64,000 nt of DNA, taken from positions 62,001 to 126,000 of the forward strand of contig NW_020846475.1 in NCBI RefSeq assembly GCF_003704095.1. Direction: 5' to 3'. This DNA comes from Pocillopora damicornis. Its lineage: Eukaryota. A program made the position numbers and the translations under genes. This document shows positions 1 through 14,400 of this stretch, one piece after another. Position 1 is the first letter of the stretch. The number at the start of each line of letters is the position of its first letter. The notes beneath the pieces were generated by a model. The model was not told where the DNA came from and searched no databases. It worked only from the letters and a program-made list of their open reading frames with translations.

Positions 1-2675
1 GGCTTACATACATTTGGTTACACGAAATGGACACAACATGAATGGTTTGAACATCTTGATGCAACCAAAAAGAATCGTTTCTTCAGAAATAAGCCAAGGC
101 CATAAATTTAGACCTTACACCCTCCTTTGATTGTCACATTTTGGCTGTCCAAGGTTTCCACCAATAACAGCGTTAATAACGCAATACTTGAGCAGCAACT
201 TCCATAGCAACTGAATGGTTGTTATGTGAATCAAGAATGTTCTCTTTCTGGCTACAAAACTCACTACACGTTAACTTAGTTGTTTCTGTCCTTATTCCGC
301 TGCAGTGTGAAGAGGTACCTCTTCACTCGAGGGATGGTGAGTTGAAAATGCCTGCTTTTTTCTTTATCGGTTTTTAACGTAAGGTGCGCAACCTTTAAAA
401 ACTGGTAAGAGCAGTTTATTAGACATTTTCCATAACACTTAAGATATGGTTAATTCGATGTGATGTGGAGGTGCATCCATCCATACATGCATGTATGGAT
501 ATATATCTCAATTCGGCTTTGCCAGTAAATGAAGGGGCCTGAATTTTCGTCGTTCTGTACACAATTTTTCTTCGTCAAATTGGTTCTAGTGCGATTTCTT
601 CTTTGCCTATTCGTGACTAGAACGCGAAAATGTTGTACATATGATTATCGCGTCTCTATCATCCATCACACCTCGTACACTAGCAAACATAAACTAAAAC
701 AATTATTTGAGTTTGGGACTTGCCATGTGCTAAGGTTCGCAGCTTTTTGAATAATCTTTTTCCATGGACTATTAGATTTTTTAATACCTCGGGAAAAGTC
801 TACATCATTCATAAACTGGAAGCCCTGTGAGCTTTCCATTTTTAGGAACCCCCGAAAATGCTCGTTATGCTGTTCAGGACAAAAATAACCACTACCGTTG
901 AAAACTAGTCTCTAGTCGATTGAAAGCGAAAGATAATGAGGCATATGATATCCATGCTTTTAATTATCTTTCCGAAGCAGACACAGGGAAAGTGCGTGAA
1001 AGCCTGCCTGTTGGCAAATGTCAAGCTTTTTTTCCCTTTTTGAACAATCGCGAAAATATTGCACGGAACGAGGTTCACGCAGCTGTGAAGAAAGTTATAT
1101 GTGTTTAGGAAAATTTGTAGAGATATATATTACACTTAAATGCGTAACTGAGTTTATGAATCAACACATTGTCGCTGTGTTTACAATGAATTTAAGGGAA
1201 ATTGAAAACCTGGCTCCGCAGGGAGAATGCTTAGTTAATTCAAACTGGAATAGAGGAGAGTACGTTTTCGATATTAAGAAAGGAGATTCATCTATTTTTT
1301 TGTGACAATTTTTTTTTTGACACATGGCCATAGCCTGAAAAAGAAATTAGAATTATGTTTAAATTCAACAGTGCTCGTCTATACATGTTTTTGAAATGGG
1401 TAAATGTTACCAAGGTTATCATGAAGAAATATACTTTTCAAATGTAGATACCTCATCGAGGCCGAGTGGTGTTAAGAAAGTACACCCCTTTAACAGGTCA
1501 GCCTGTTGCTTATTTTTCATGAACAATCAATGATTCCACGAGAAGTTGTAAAGAGTCAAAACCTTTCCCACACAGATATTTAACTTGATTACCTGCGCTT
1601 CAGATTATGCTTCAGGCCTTTACAATTGTATGACGATCCTTCGTTTGAAACTCTATTTCATTAAATAAAGCCAAATAGGCCTTATATTCTTCGGATAAGA
1701 TTTTTTTCGAACGTTGTAGAATTGATCAGGACTAACTGAACCAGTTTGGTTCTGTATGGGACTTTTATTCGTTCAAAAATCAATTGAAATTGGAAATTTA
1801 CTTAATTAAGTGGAAGACGCACTTCTCATCAACGAAATGCAACGAAGAAGACAATTTTGCCGATTCTTTAAATTCCTGAAAGACACGGAGATCAATAAAA
1901 TCGTTCATTTCACACCGGAGTTTTAACACCATGTTACTTACAATTTTTTAAAGCAGGATGTAATTAGGAAGTAAAATATTAATTTTAAACTTAGACCTAT
2001 GCAAATGTCATGAATTATTGCCTTCCTATTTGATTTATGCACTTACAATTTGTTTCAACGTGGATATCAAACGAGACATCTGCCTCAAAACGTGTCAGAC
2101 ATTTTATAAAAAAAATTTTATTCAGCTCGAGTTTAATTTTTAAACTTAAGTAATGAGAATAGGAAACGAGTCCAGCCGTGGACGTCTTTTGAAAATGTGT
2201 TCACTCTTGCGCCTGATGAGTGATTTCGGGTGAAGAGCTCAGAAGATATCCTTGTTATTAGATTGAGATAAATTTCCTGACGTGTTTGCTAAAACTCAAA
2301 GGCAAAATTTCGCCTTCTTTCCTGCCAATCCACAGAGAGATGGAACAGATTATTAGGATAAAATAATTGATTTGTTTGCATTTCTTCCTTAACTAGTAAA
2401 TGCGATACGTATTTAAAGCAAAATAAGTAGATATAAAAAACTGTCTAATTGTTTGTTTTGAATTAATGAGTGGTTTTCGGGGAGGGGATCTATTACCTTT
2501 TAAGCCAGGAGTAAATATTTTACGTAGCCTGGAAACAAGAGAGGCCAGCTGCGCGCGATATTATATCAGTTTGCCTCGGTCTTTCCCACAAGAATAGAAT
2601 TGAGTTGTATTTGGTCACAGAAACCGAAATTATCCTTGTTCATATTGTCTCGTTAATCAATCTTAACAGGTTAAA

Positions 2676-5600
2676 ATGAAGCGAAACTTGCCTCTAGTTG
2701 CCATCATGGTAATGGCATCAATTTATGGTAAGTTAACTACGAGAAGAACCAACCAGGGTAACGTTAACTTAATCCTCTCAAAAATTTCTTTTAACGCCGA
2801 ATAAATTATGAAATCATTTATTTATCAATTTATCCATTCTTTTTTTTCTGTTTGTCGATTGATTTATTTTGTTTAACCCTTCGTCAGAGAGAGGTGCCCT
2901 GACCAAGGGCTAACGCTCCAAACGATAACTTTATAAAGTCTTTACGTTGCCCAATTTCATTATTAATGCAGTTGATAAAATCAAATCATCTCAATGCTCA
3001 TTTGAGTTTAGTTCAAGACGTTAAAATTACCTTATAACTGGTTGTTTTTGGCGAGATAATGCTATACCAAAAGACAACTATTTAAGGATCGCTTTGGACA
3101 CCGTCTTGCTAACATCGGCCAACGGTCTTCTTTTTCGGAAATGTACGTTTGAAAACCCGCTTGATCATGTTTTTAACAACATACCCCGGGCGCGTTTTTG
3201 ATATTCCGAAATGCATTTTATTTTCTTATGTTGTTGTGGAGATTCGTCACTGGGTCGGATAGAATTCTGGGAATCTTATGGTCAAATCTATCGAATGCCA
3301 CTCCTATCTCCAAAACTGGACGAGATCTAATCTGAAGAAAGATCTTTAAAACGAACGCACTTGTTCAGTTCGTCTGTTTTTTGTTTTACTGAGGTTTCAT
3401 ATTAATGCGGTATGGGTGTAGACAACACTCACTAACGTATTTGCCTCTCTTGTTTTAGGACAAACTGTGAAAGGCCAAGTCAGTAAGGAAATTATCACTG
3501 TGCTGAGTAACTCACGGTTCTCTGTAACAATGCACAAAGCTAGCTAAAATGCTTTGTAGTCAATATCACTATTTCTGTCGTTAAGTCTATGAATATTAAC
3601 ATGATTTGCATGTGATGACTAAATCTAAAAAAATTGTCGGCCAAAAGTTTAAATTGTAGCATCTCATATTGAACGGACCAAAACTGTAGCGTTGTAAAAC
3701 TAAAACGTAGATAATTTTTTTCAAGGCCATACAAGGCTGTTAGGTGAAGGTATTCAGAAAATAACATGTAACATTGAAATCATGTGTTATCCATGTGATA
3801 TAAGACAAGTTATTCAGATATTCAGGATGAAAATTGTGGAAACAACAATTGGTAAAACGCTGCAATCGCATTACGGCTAGGCATTCCGCAACCAAAACGT
3901 GGGAAGATAGTTTGGATTGTTGGGGTTATTGTGTTAAGTACGAAAATGGTCATAAGTCTAAACAAGCGCCATATTTCGTGAATACGAGATTATTGAAACG
4001 ACCACATAGATTAAAATGGGAAAACTTTTCGATTCTTTCAGTTAATCCCTGTGAGGGTGGAATAGATTTGGGAATCATAGTAGACAGATCCAAAAGTGTC
4101 GGAAAGGAAAACTTCATCATTGTGAAGGAAGCTGTGAAAAGCTTCGTGGACAACTTCGACATCCAACCTGAAGAAACTCACGTATCGCTGATTTTCTTTG
4201 CCGGTACGCCATTTCACATGTTTAATCTGAGCGATCCCAGTTACCACAGCAACAAGGCAGTGAAAGATGCAATCGATAGTCTTCCAGACAAACTGTACAG
4301 TGGCACGCGGACAGATTTAGCCCTGATGAAAGCCCATGATCATATGTTTCACCCGGGACAGGACAGACGTAAGAAACCAAATGTGCTTTTGGTGTTGACG
4401 GATGGAGCTACTGCGTCGGAGTCAGCGCCATACAGCGAGACGGTCCCTCCACTTGAAGTAAGATGTATCATACATGTGTCAAGGGTGATCATGATTTAGT
4501 TGAAAAGTAGCCCTTGAAAGTTATCAGAGATTCAAGTTTCCCCCCTCACAACGACGAAGAGAGGGCAAAGTAACTTTCATTTTTGTACTGGTATCACATG
4601 CTGATATTCATGCATCACTTCTTACCTAAAATGGCACCTTTTATACACACTCCGGCAATATTTTATACCTCGATACATTAAAACACCAAATGAAATTGTT
4701 CATTACCCTCGGTTACTTGATTAAAACCATACCTCTTCCGGAAGGATCTTCTTTGTCAAGTCCGTTGTAGTAATTATATCCTAAAGCTCGGAGAGACACC
4801 TTAGTCTATGGACGTGGCACAACTAGATAACTCCATAGAATGATTACTGAAACCACTAAAAATTAAAATAAACGGAAGATATACCAAATATCTTCCATAA
4901 ATTCTGAGCGTCACTAATCCAAAGAAGCTGCACATAAACCACTGAGGGGTAAGCTCTTTGAGTACATGCAATGATACTGGTAAAAACTTTCTTCTGCTAA
5001 ATTTCAGGACAAAGGTGTCAATATAATTGCAGTTGGTATCGGAAAAGGCATTAAAGAAGAGGAACTTCAAAGTATTGCCGGTGAACGTGGCTCGGTGGTG
5101 CAAGTTCCAGATTTTAGTCTTCTCATTAGCAAGCTAAACGAAATATTAGCTGACGTTTGTAGTAAGTATTTGCTTCCAGACTTGGTTAAATTATCTAACA
5201 GACGCACAGACTCATCGTCTCACTGAATAACTTACACGCTTACTCACTGACTCACTGGCTCACTGGCTAGCTGACTCACTGACTCACTGACTCACTGACT
5301 CACTGACTCACTAACTCACTGACTAACTACCTCACTAACGCACTGAATCACTGACCAATTGACTGACTCACCGACTCACTGACTCACTGACACATTAACT
5401 CATTGACTCACTAACTTATTGACTTACTAAATCACTGACTCACTGACTCATTGACTCACTAACTCACTGACTCACTGACTCACTGACTCACTGACTCACT
5501 GACTCACTGACTCACTGACTCACTGACTCATTGACTCATTGACTCATTGACTCACTGACTNNNNNNNNNNNNNNNNNNNNNNNNNNNNNNNNNNNNNNNN

Positions 5601-8600
5601 NNNNNNNNNNNNNNNNNNNNNNNNNNNNNNNNNNNNNNNNNNNNNNNNNNNNNNNNNNNNNNNNNNNNNNNNNNNNNNNNNNNNNNNNNNNNNNNNNNNN
5701 NNNNNNNNNNNNNNNNNNNNNNNNNNNNNNNNNNNNNNNNNNNNNNNNNNNNNNNNNNNNNNNNNNNNNNNNNNNNNNNNNNNNNNNNNNNNNNNNNNNN
5801 NNNNTACCGTTTAACTGACTAACTGACACACTGACTGAAATACCCATGGGCTCCCTAGCTAATTGACTGATCTACTAACTTATTGACAGACAGAGTGACA
5901 GACTGACTGATTGACTGACTTACGAGTAACTAACGACGATCTGACTTAAGCATTGGTCAGCGACTTCAATTCTTCGGTTTTTTCCCCTTGTTCTGTTGGA
6001 TGACCTATCTGTGTTTCAAGTGGATGTATACGCTGACCTTCTCTACCTTGACTCTATCTCTCTCTCTCTCTCTCTTCAGTTATAAATGGTGGCTACACAC
6101 ATTGGTCTCCCTGGTCAGAATGCAGTGCGACATGTGGTGAGGGCTTCCGAACAAGATCCAGGAACTGTACGAATCCGGAGCCAATGGGAGGTGGAAAAAA
6201 TTGTGACGAAATAGGACCAGATGAAGAACAAGTGGCCTGTGACCTTCCGGAGTGTAAAACATGTAGGTTATAGGTCTAAATAAGTCACACGGACCAGAGG
6301 ATGAAGTTCATGTAGTTGTTATTTATATTTTTCCGGTCAAGGTTAAGTTTTACTTCTCGTGCGTGTTTTGCTATTTCGCCTCAACAGAATGGTTGTCCAT
6401 CACAAGTAAATCTCCAGCAATCCTAAAATTTTTATGACAGGATACAGGTGCTGATATGATGGAAAAGGCACTCAAACCCTTATCCTTACCTAAGAAAAAA
6501 ACACTGGTTTTCAATGACGCGGCCAAGTTTTGATCCAGAGTCTTTCGATTTGCATTCAAGTATAAATGATGAGTAAGAGACCACGGTGACCCAAGTTTAT
6601 GTCGACTCAGTTCTAGGCTCTTCAAGGTTCCATTTAAAAATTTATTTTAAGCTTAGAGGAACTGTTTTTTGCTCAGCCTTGACGTTCCTAGTGACAAAAA
6701 AATCGCTCTCCTTGGAATTACACGATCAAATAGCATCCTCTTTAAGGAGCCCCACATTGATCATGCTATTGTACAAGAATGACATATCAAGAACTAAAAA
6801 ACAATAGACAAGGTTCTAGAATTGCTAAACTTAAGCATCACGAAATATATCAGATAGTTACTGAATTAAAGAAAGAAAGCAAATCTGTACCAAAAACATT
6901 GAGAAATATGAGAGGCTCAGATAAGTTAAGTTCCCAATACATTTAACTCAGCACAATCTTTTTTATTCAATTTTTCACTTGAAACAATAGCAATTGATGG
7001 CGGATACACTCGCTGGACGACATGGACTAAGTGTAGTAAAACCTGTGGTACGGGTACACAAATACGAGTACGATCTTGCACTAACCCGCCACCGAATGCT
7101 GAGGGTAAAAATTGTGATCGCTTGGGTAAACCCAAGGAAGTGAAGAAATGCAAACTGCCGAAATGTGCGAAAGGTAAGCAAAACAAAAATCTGTCCTCAT
7201 CAAGCAGTATTTAGATCAGTACTGGTCAGCGGTGAGGATGATGATGATGATAATAACGGTAACGATGTTTAGGTAATGGTGGCGATAGGCCTTGGCGATC
7301 GTAAACACGTAGACTGATTATGTTGCTATAACTTGAAGACTTATGGAGCTCAAGAAATCAATGAGAAATAATCAGCAACTTAAAGATGAACCAGCCGAAA
7401 GAAGACTGGCCAGTCGAATTCGAATATATATATATACATCTGTTTTCACAGAGTCCAACTTCAGCAATTCTTTATGGCAATCCGAGGTCATCTTGGCTCC
7501 CTCTTAACAAAATTATATCCATGGAGGAAATTTGACTACGACAGCACGTCATGAATTTACTTCAATGACAAGAAAGTATGCATATTCTGTGTTCTCGTTT
7601 TCTTTCTGTGTAATCTCCATGACAGGGCCAGCTCCATGTGAAGAGGGCCTGGACCTTGGCATTGTTATTGACCGCTCATTGAGCGTTAGAACAAGAAACC
7701 TCGAGCGCCTTCTAAAAGTTTTCTTCCCCAAATTCTTCAAACGCATGGGTATTTCAAAAAGCAAGACCAATATTGGTATAATTAAGTACGACAAAAGTGC
7801 AAATGTCTATGCTCCATTCAATGGGCCAAACTCCAGATCTTTAAAGAAAGCGACTGCCTTCGTGAAAAAACTGGACCCAGGTGTCTATTTGCAGACGCGG
7901 ACAGACAAAGGACTTATTGCAGCATACAAACAGCTGTTCACCAAAAAGGTACATGTGTAAAGGAACTTTCAGTTGGACGTGTATAGCAATCTAATAAGAT
8001 GTCTTTTAGCGAGAGTACTTCCTATTACTTTAGATGTTGGTCCATTTGGTTTCCATAATTTTCTCTTCTTAACGCTGGTTCAAATTTCAAATAATTTCAA
8101 TTTTAGGAGTTGCTCAGTTTTTCTGGGTAATGGGTCATTCATTTTATGTTTATGATATGGCTTTTTAAGGGAGGTGACAGAAGGAAGAGACAAAATGTCC
8201 TTCTGACGTTCACTGATGGGCGAGCCTGGCCAAGGAGACGTATAAAACCTTTCTCACTGACTGTTCCTCCGCTAAGGGTGAGCAACATGTCTACTATTTG
8301 TTTGGTGTGTTCGTTCGTATATTTTGAATTTTCCATCCAAGCCCCTGTATTATTGATTTTTTTTTGTCGTTTTTGTTTCGTTTGTTGTTGTTTTTTTTTT
8401 TTCACTTTTGATTTTTTAATTCGTTTGTCCGGTTGTCGGTTTGGTGCTAACAGTGTATAGAATTTAAGGACCATTCCTATGAAGGTGTGAAGTTGAATGA
8501 ATATAATTTCAGTTGCGTTCATATCATCGTATATCATAGAATTAAATAATTTAGAATTTCAAATCTATTTGATGTCAGCAAGTTATCAAGCTATCATACC

Positions 8601-10924
8601 TATTGTTCATAACGTGAACTTTGCTTGTCTGTGTAAAGGAAAAGAAAAAATGTCATATGGTGGCAGTCGGTTACGGTGTTCCATCGAGATTGAACATGAC
8701 TCAACTCCAAGAAATCGCAGGTGACAATGCGATCCTCGTTCCAAGGCCGAGGCAAATCAGAAAAATGGTTGGCAAAATAAAGAAAGTAGTCTGTCGTAAG
8801 TAAAGATACCATTACAGAACACTTTTAAGCTTTTTTCGAATGCGTCGTTGAGTTCCGGTTTCGACTTGTTGCTACTTTTGTATCGCTTTACTGTACACAA
8901 GGAATGCGTTGCCAATGAACCTCTTGTGAGCCGATTTGTGAGTTGAGTATTGATTAAAGAGGATCCTTATGGAGTAGTACCTACTAGTACTAACGGTTGA
9001 TGGTTGAAAATAAGCCGTTTTAAAGGGGGAGGTTTGAATTTTACTCCATTTGACGGTTGGGGCGGCTTAATTCTTCAGAATGACAAGTAATCACGAGAAA
9101 TCAAGCAGGCAAACTAAGGTTTTGCTTTAAATAATAGGAAATTTTGCAATACTTGAGGGGGCTTCATTAAAGGGGGAATAGGTAAATAATTTCTTTGTGA
9201 CACAAACACCACCTCCCCCCCCTCAATAAATAATGACCGGTCCCTAAAAACAAGAGAGTTGTAAATTCATGATTACCAATGGAAGAGCTCTTCTCTCATT
9301 AGTAGAAGCGCTTGTAGTTTTGTCATGATTGGTCCACTTTCTCTAATCCAGAGGTGGATGGAGGGTACTCAAAGTGGAGTCAGTGGTCACTTTGCAGTAC
9401 CACGTGCGGAGTGGGGGTCAAAGTTCGAAGCAGGACATGCAGTGCACCTCCACCAAAAAAAAAGGGCAAAGACTGTTCTAGACTGGGAGACAGTGTGGAA
9501 GCAGTGGAGTGTAATGAAGGAGAATGTCCAACAGGTAAACAGACGGAACAGACCAATTAAACCCAGCAAACAGAAAAATACAAATAAGAAGTGGCAAAAA
9601 AGAATAACGAAACAAAAACCAATTAAATATTAATACAAGAGAAAACAAAGTAATACAACTGAAGGGGACAAACATTAAAAAATGGGAAATAGCAAAACGA
9701 CAACACAAATATTACGAAGGTAAACAAATACTATGAAACAAAAATAAACAAAATCAACGGAACAGAAAAAAAACAAAACAGCAAGGACAAATGAAAGAAG
9801 ATGAGTAATCTGCAAATGGATCTTGTCCTTGAGGAAGCTCTAAAATTAATCACGTAATTATTTTCAAAACGGAACGCTCGTACAAGACGTATAAAGTTCG
9901 TATCCTGTTTTTTTATATTTTTTAAAATTCCTTCCAGGCCCAACACCGTGTACCAAAAAGAATCTGGACGTTTGTTTGATTGTGGATGCTTCTTTGAGTG
10001 TTGGAGTTCAGAATTTTCTCCGTGTGAAATCCTTCCTGGTGCAATTCATTCATCAGTTCGAACCTGAAACTCATTTCAGTATCATTACCTTCAGCGGCAA
10101 ACCTCAAGTCCGATGCAAGTTCTCCGATTCTATGTGCCAAGGAACAGACAAGACACACGATACAATCGCAGAAATTCCTGACAGAGTCTCATGGGGTACT
10201 TACACCGATAAAGCTTTAGTTGCCGCTGACCAGATCGTCTTCACGGCGGAAGGTGGTGATAGGCCGGATGCCTCTAATGTGGTTGTGGTTATAACTGATG
10301 GAAAAACAATGAGGGGCTCTCAACCGTTCAACGTCACTGTTCCTCCACTACGGGTAGGAAGTGAATACTGATTAATTGTTATAATATCATTACATACAAT
10401 CAAGCAATTTGCGTGTTGAATGTAATCCGGGTTTCCTTTACTTTGCTCTGTGACTAGTTCAGAAAAGTCGCACCTTTTTCTCAACCAATCAGATGCAAAA
10501 TTAAAACCAATCACGCCAACCAAAAATCAAACTTTCTTTACGACATACTTTGGAGTTCTTAGGTAACAGAGAAGCAGCAAGAATAAATCTCAATAGGTTA
10601 TCACTCTTCCAGATTTCTGAAAACGCCTACAAGTCAAAAAGCTGGATACGCCCCAGTACGATTTAGTTTTAATTGAGAGACAGTTTAAAATATCTTGATT
10701 TTAATGTTTAATATCGTACAATAATGCAATTAAATATTCCATTTTAGGACGGAAAAGACGCTAAAGTATTGGCATTCGGTGTTGGTCCAACCATTCGTGA
10801 AGAAGATCTGAACGAGATGGCCGGAGAGAGCAACTGGTTTTATGTCTATGAATTTGCTGATATGAAGTACAGAATCGGCGATATTCTGGGAGTAGCCTGC
10901 AACAACTCAGCTACCCTACCGTGA
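2676..10924 (+). CDS. Secreted multidomain adhesive/ECM protein: signal peptide-vWA-TSP1-TSP1-vWA-TSP1-vWA (~791 aa, 12 coding exons; coadhesin/TRAP-like architecture, no TM segment)
   Basis: Exons 2676-2727, 3459-3482, 4042-4457, 5008-5161, 6080-6262, 6991-7173, 7626-7948, 8170-8277, 8639-8795, 9352-9534, 9938-10353, 10748-10924. All introns are GT-AG and frame-consistent (2376 nt total). N-terminus MKRNLPLVAIMVMASIYGQTVKG is signal-like. Three vWA MIDAS motifs (DRSKS, DRSLS, DASLS) each have a downstream T and TDG. Three TSP1 repeats show GGYxxWxxWxxCSxTCG-RxR. Confidence 0.9.
2875..2986 (+). mobile_element. Degenerate hammerhead/Penelope repeat with a short inverted remnant
   Basis: aacccttcgtcagag (inverted remnant) is followed by ctgaccaagggctaacgctccaaacg..tttacg..ccaattt..agttgataa. 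Confidence 0.55.
5241..5920. repeat. (ACTCACTG)n / (ACTG)n simple repeat spanning an assembly gap
   Basis: A direct tandem repeat lies on both sides of the N run at 5561-5803. Confidence 0.95.
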
Positions 10925-12525
10925 CAGCTTCAACTCGTTACTAAAGCTTTAGGGTATTGAACATTTTTAATAAGTATAGTTCATCAAATGTTTTCGCACA
11001 TCCGCAATTGGTCTAAGCGATCCTAAACGGGTCACGGAAATATGCCTCGAGTAGAATTGGCGAATATCTTCCCGATACTTCTTGTCTTTTAAACCTAACC
11101 GTAAATTCACGTTGATTAACTTCAAGACGAGGTGGGCTTCTGCTTTTGTTGAAGAAGCGATGAACCTGCTTTGCTGATGGGAATATCAAAAGACGATAAT
11201 CTTACACAATGCTACAGCAGTTTTTTTACGTCCAGCTGTCTGCGAATGTTTTGACTCGTGCGCTTCGAAAGAATTGAAATGTGAAGATTTAAGTGCTGGG
11301 TACCCCTGATGTCTGAGACCGCCGCCTTTAGGCACACTTTGATTACTTCTCCAGCTCAGCTTTGACATCATATCCCTGGGAAACTGTGAGAGTTTATTTG
11401 CACGCTAAATGTAGGTAGTTTTTCTTTATCATCATTCTTACGCGCCTTAAATGTAATGTTTATTTACGATCCAATCAGCATCAAAATGTATGCTTACTTT
11501 TTCCTTTGCAGAGTTCACATGCATGGCTGGGTGATTAATTTACCAAGATAATTCAGCGGGATAAGGCTGATGACCAAAAATCATCATGAGGAGTTTGGAA
11601 CTAAAAGGGATTCTATTTTCCATTTAAAAGTTATGGTAAAACAAGTAGATTTTCACGATGAAGCTTCTGTAGGTTGAAATTAAACAAGTGTTGACCCAGC
11701 CAGTTTCAGTGTTTTCAAGATATCATACGTTTACACCGTAAATGTTCGGAATCTAATGACCTTCTTTAGTGACATAGCTACTTCACTCTCAGGGCATGGT
11801 AAACAGAATGAGACCAAGCAAGTCATGAGATAAAGGCTTCCCTAAAAAGTTCATCTTTTCTAAGACCTATTTCTTATCAAATGAAAAAGTAATTCTAGCC
11901 CTAAACCTAAGCAATTTACTACATAGAACCAGGGCAACAGTTGAATTTCCCTTTTTCAAGTCATAGAAACTAGAAAGTTTCAAACTATAGTTTCCTAGAC
12001 ATTCCTCTTTATTTAAAAACTAAGATCACAGTTTTTTTTCGCAAGGAGGACTTGTTCAAGGAAACATTCTGGTCATCTTTTTTCATCAGTAATATGTATA
12101 AAAAGCTTGTCAAGCAAAAACTTGTCAAGAAAAAATTGCCAGTGTAAATCAGCAGAAGAATACTCTTAATACACCATAAGTCACCTCTATGATATACANN
12201 NNNNNNNNNNNNNNNNNNNNNNNNNNNNNNNNNNNNNNNNNNNNNNNNNNNNNNNNNNNNNNNNNNNNNNNNNNNNNNNNNNNNNNNNNNNNNNNNNNNN
12301 NNNNNNNNNNNNNNNNNNNNNNNNNNNNNNNNNNNNNNNNNNNNNNNNNNNNNNNNNNNNNNNNNNNNNNNNNNNNNNNNNNNNNNNNNNNNNNNNNNNN
12401 NNNNNNNNNNNNNNNNNNNNNNNNNNNNNNNNNNNNNNNNNNNNNNNNNNNNNNNNNNNNNNNNNNNNNNNNNNNNNNNNNNNNNNNNNNNNNNNNNNNN
12501 NNNNNNNNNNNNNNNNNNNNNNNNN

Positions 12526-14365
12526 GAAGATCTTTCTTCAACTGATGAGCGAAACCAATGTTTTTGCCAAATTCAAATGCAGTTTCCTGAAGCTGAAATA
12601 GAGAGAAATTACTTACTAGATTATTTGAAAAGAATAGATAAGCACCAAAAAGTCACCTCTAGGCCTTTACTTTGTAGACTCACATTGGAAATACTTGATT
12701 TCAAATAATGTGGTAGGCGTTGCCTCCATAGTCTGGCAATTTCAAACAATTAAGCTGATTTCCCTTGTTTTGAATACCCTCAACATGGAAAGCTACATTT
12801 CTTGTTTGTGGGAAAGCATTTGAACCATGAAACAAGTAAACACAGAAGACCCATAACTATGTGTACATGTACATCATTTATTTACATAGCACCACACATG
12901 ACAAGTATTCATAACTCAACATACATTTTGAATTAGGCTGCACTATGTGTAAATGCAAATATCTAATAATGATGTGAACTTTTCACCATAGTCCAATATT
13001 TCTGAAAAGTTCACATAGTTTGTGGTTTTGATGGTTCAGAGGGCCTGAGACAAGCCAACAAAACACTGGTATTTGATGTTACCTCCTTAGAATAGCAGTA
13101 ACATTTTCTCAAATCCCTTAACCCTTAACTCCCATGAGTGACCAAGACAGAATTTCTCCTTACAATAATCAATACAATATCAAGCAGACAAGTGATGAGA
13201 ATGAAATGAAATGTCAATTAGGGGATTATTAGTTGATCCAGTACCAAATTCTCTGAACTAACATCATACGAATTGGTTGGTAGACAGTAAGCAGAATTAT
13301 TAATGAGATCTGGAGGTGAAATGGCTGTAATAGTAAGTGTGAGTTGATAGCAGATGATGACACTATGACTGGTTTGATGCAAAAATTTCAAATACATAAA
13401 CATGTCAAGTGCCACACTATCACCACAATGACATAAATCAATCCTCACCTCAGCTGAGTGACCAACAATTTTCAAAGCTGCTTTACAGCTGTTTGCCATC
13501 AAGCTTCCTTTACATTTGAATGATAACTCACTCCAAAACTCCAAGTTCAAATTATCAGCATTAAATGTGATTTTCAGGAATTCACCTTCCATCAAATGTC
13601 CAATTACCTCTGAAATCATTTGAACGACTTCAGTGTCTTTAAGTTCTGCTAATCCTGTACAAGCATTGGCTAAAAGAAAGTCACCACTTAACACTGCCAT
13701 CTTGTTACCAAATTCCATGTCATCTTGATAAGACTTGCTGGATGAAGAGATACTTGCTAAATCAACAATTCCTGTATGCACCAGGTTGGCTGTCATAAAA
13801 GAATATTGTAAGTGACATATTAGTCAAGTTTTTGCAGTTTAAAACAAGTGTAGGTGATGCACTTACCAGGAGCAATTCCTGGCATGGGGTGGGGGGGCCA
13901 TGGAGAGGGAGGTCCAGAATACTCCTGGGCATTTGCATAATGGCATTCAAAATCTCTTTTCGCAAAAACATAGTTTTTAGACATCCTCTGCTGAGAAAAA
14001 GTTTCTTTCCCCTGATAACTACAGAGAAGTGAATAACTACTATGTAAACGCAGAATCAGCAGGTATTTGAAAGATGGGAGAACAAGGACTTAGTTGAATT
14101 GTAACTTCCTGTTGAATATTTAAACCCAAAACCACTCCTGAGAGATCTCTAAGATAGAGCACCCAGGTACATATTGTTGGGATAGATAACAATAGATACT
14201 TTCCCTAGTTAGTAATATCTTCATGTGTAACATGGCTCCAACAACACAACTATGGAGGGACACACTTAAAAAATTCATAGATGTCACTAGAATTTTTATG
14301 ACTTGCAAGCAAGCTATCCTAAATAAGCTAGCCAATTGTACTGAACTAAACAATAAATATGAGAT

Positions 14366-14400
<35 letters not shown>

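Noticed and set aside
1-2600. Short ORFs at the window start (529, 920, 1018)
   Set aside because: No recognisable motifs or coherent splice structure. Probably upstream or intronic DNA with old repeats.
11186-11395. Candidate last exon of PDSS2 (RHQGYPALKS..ALCKIIVF*)
   Set aside because: Only a faint resemblance to the PDSS2 C-terminus, and it cannot be linked across the gap at 12199-12525. Left unassigned.
5536-12545. ORFs containing X runs (5536-5847, 12149-12545; also 63697-63996)
   Set aside because: They span assembly gaps.
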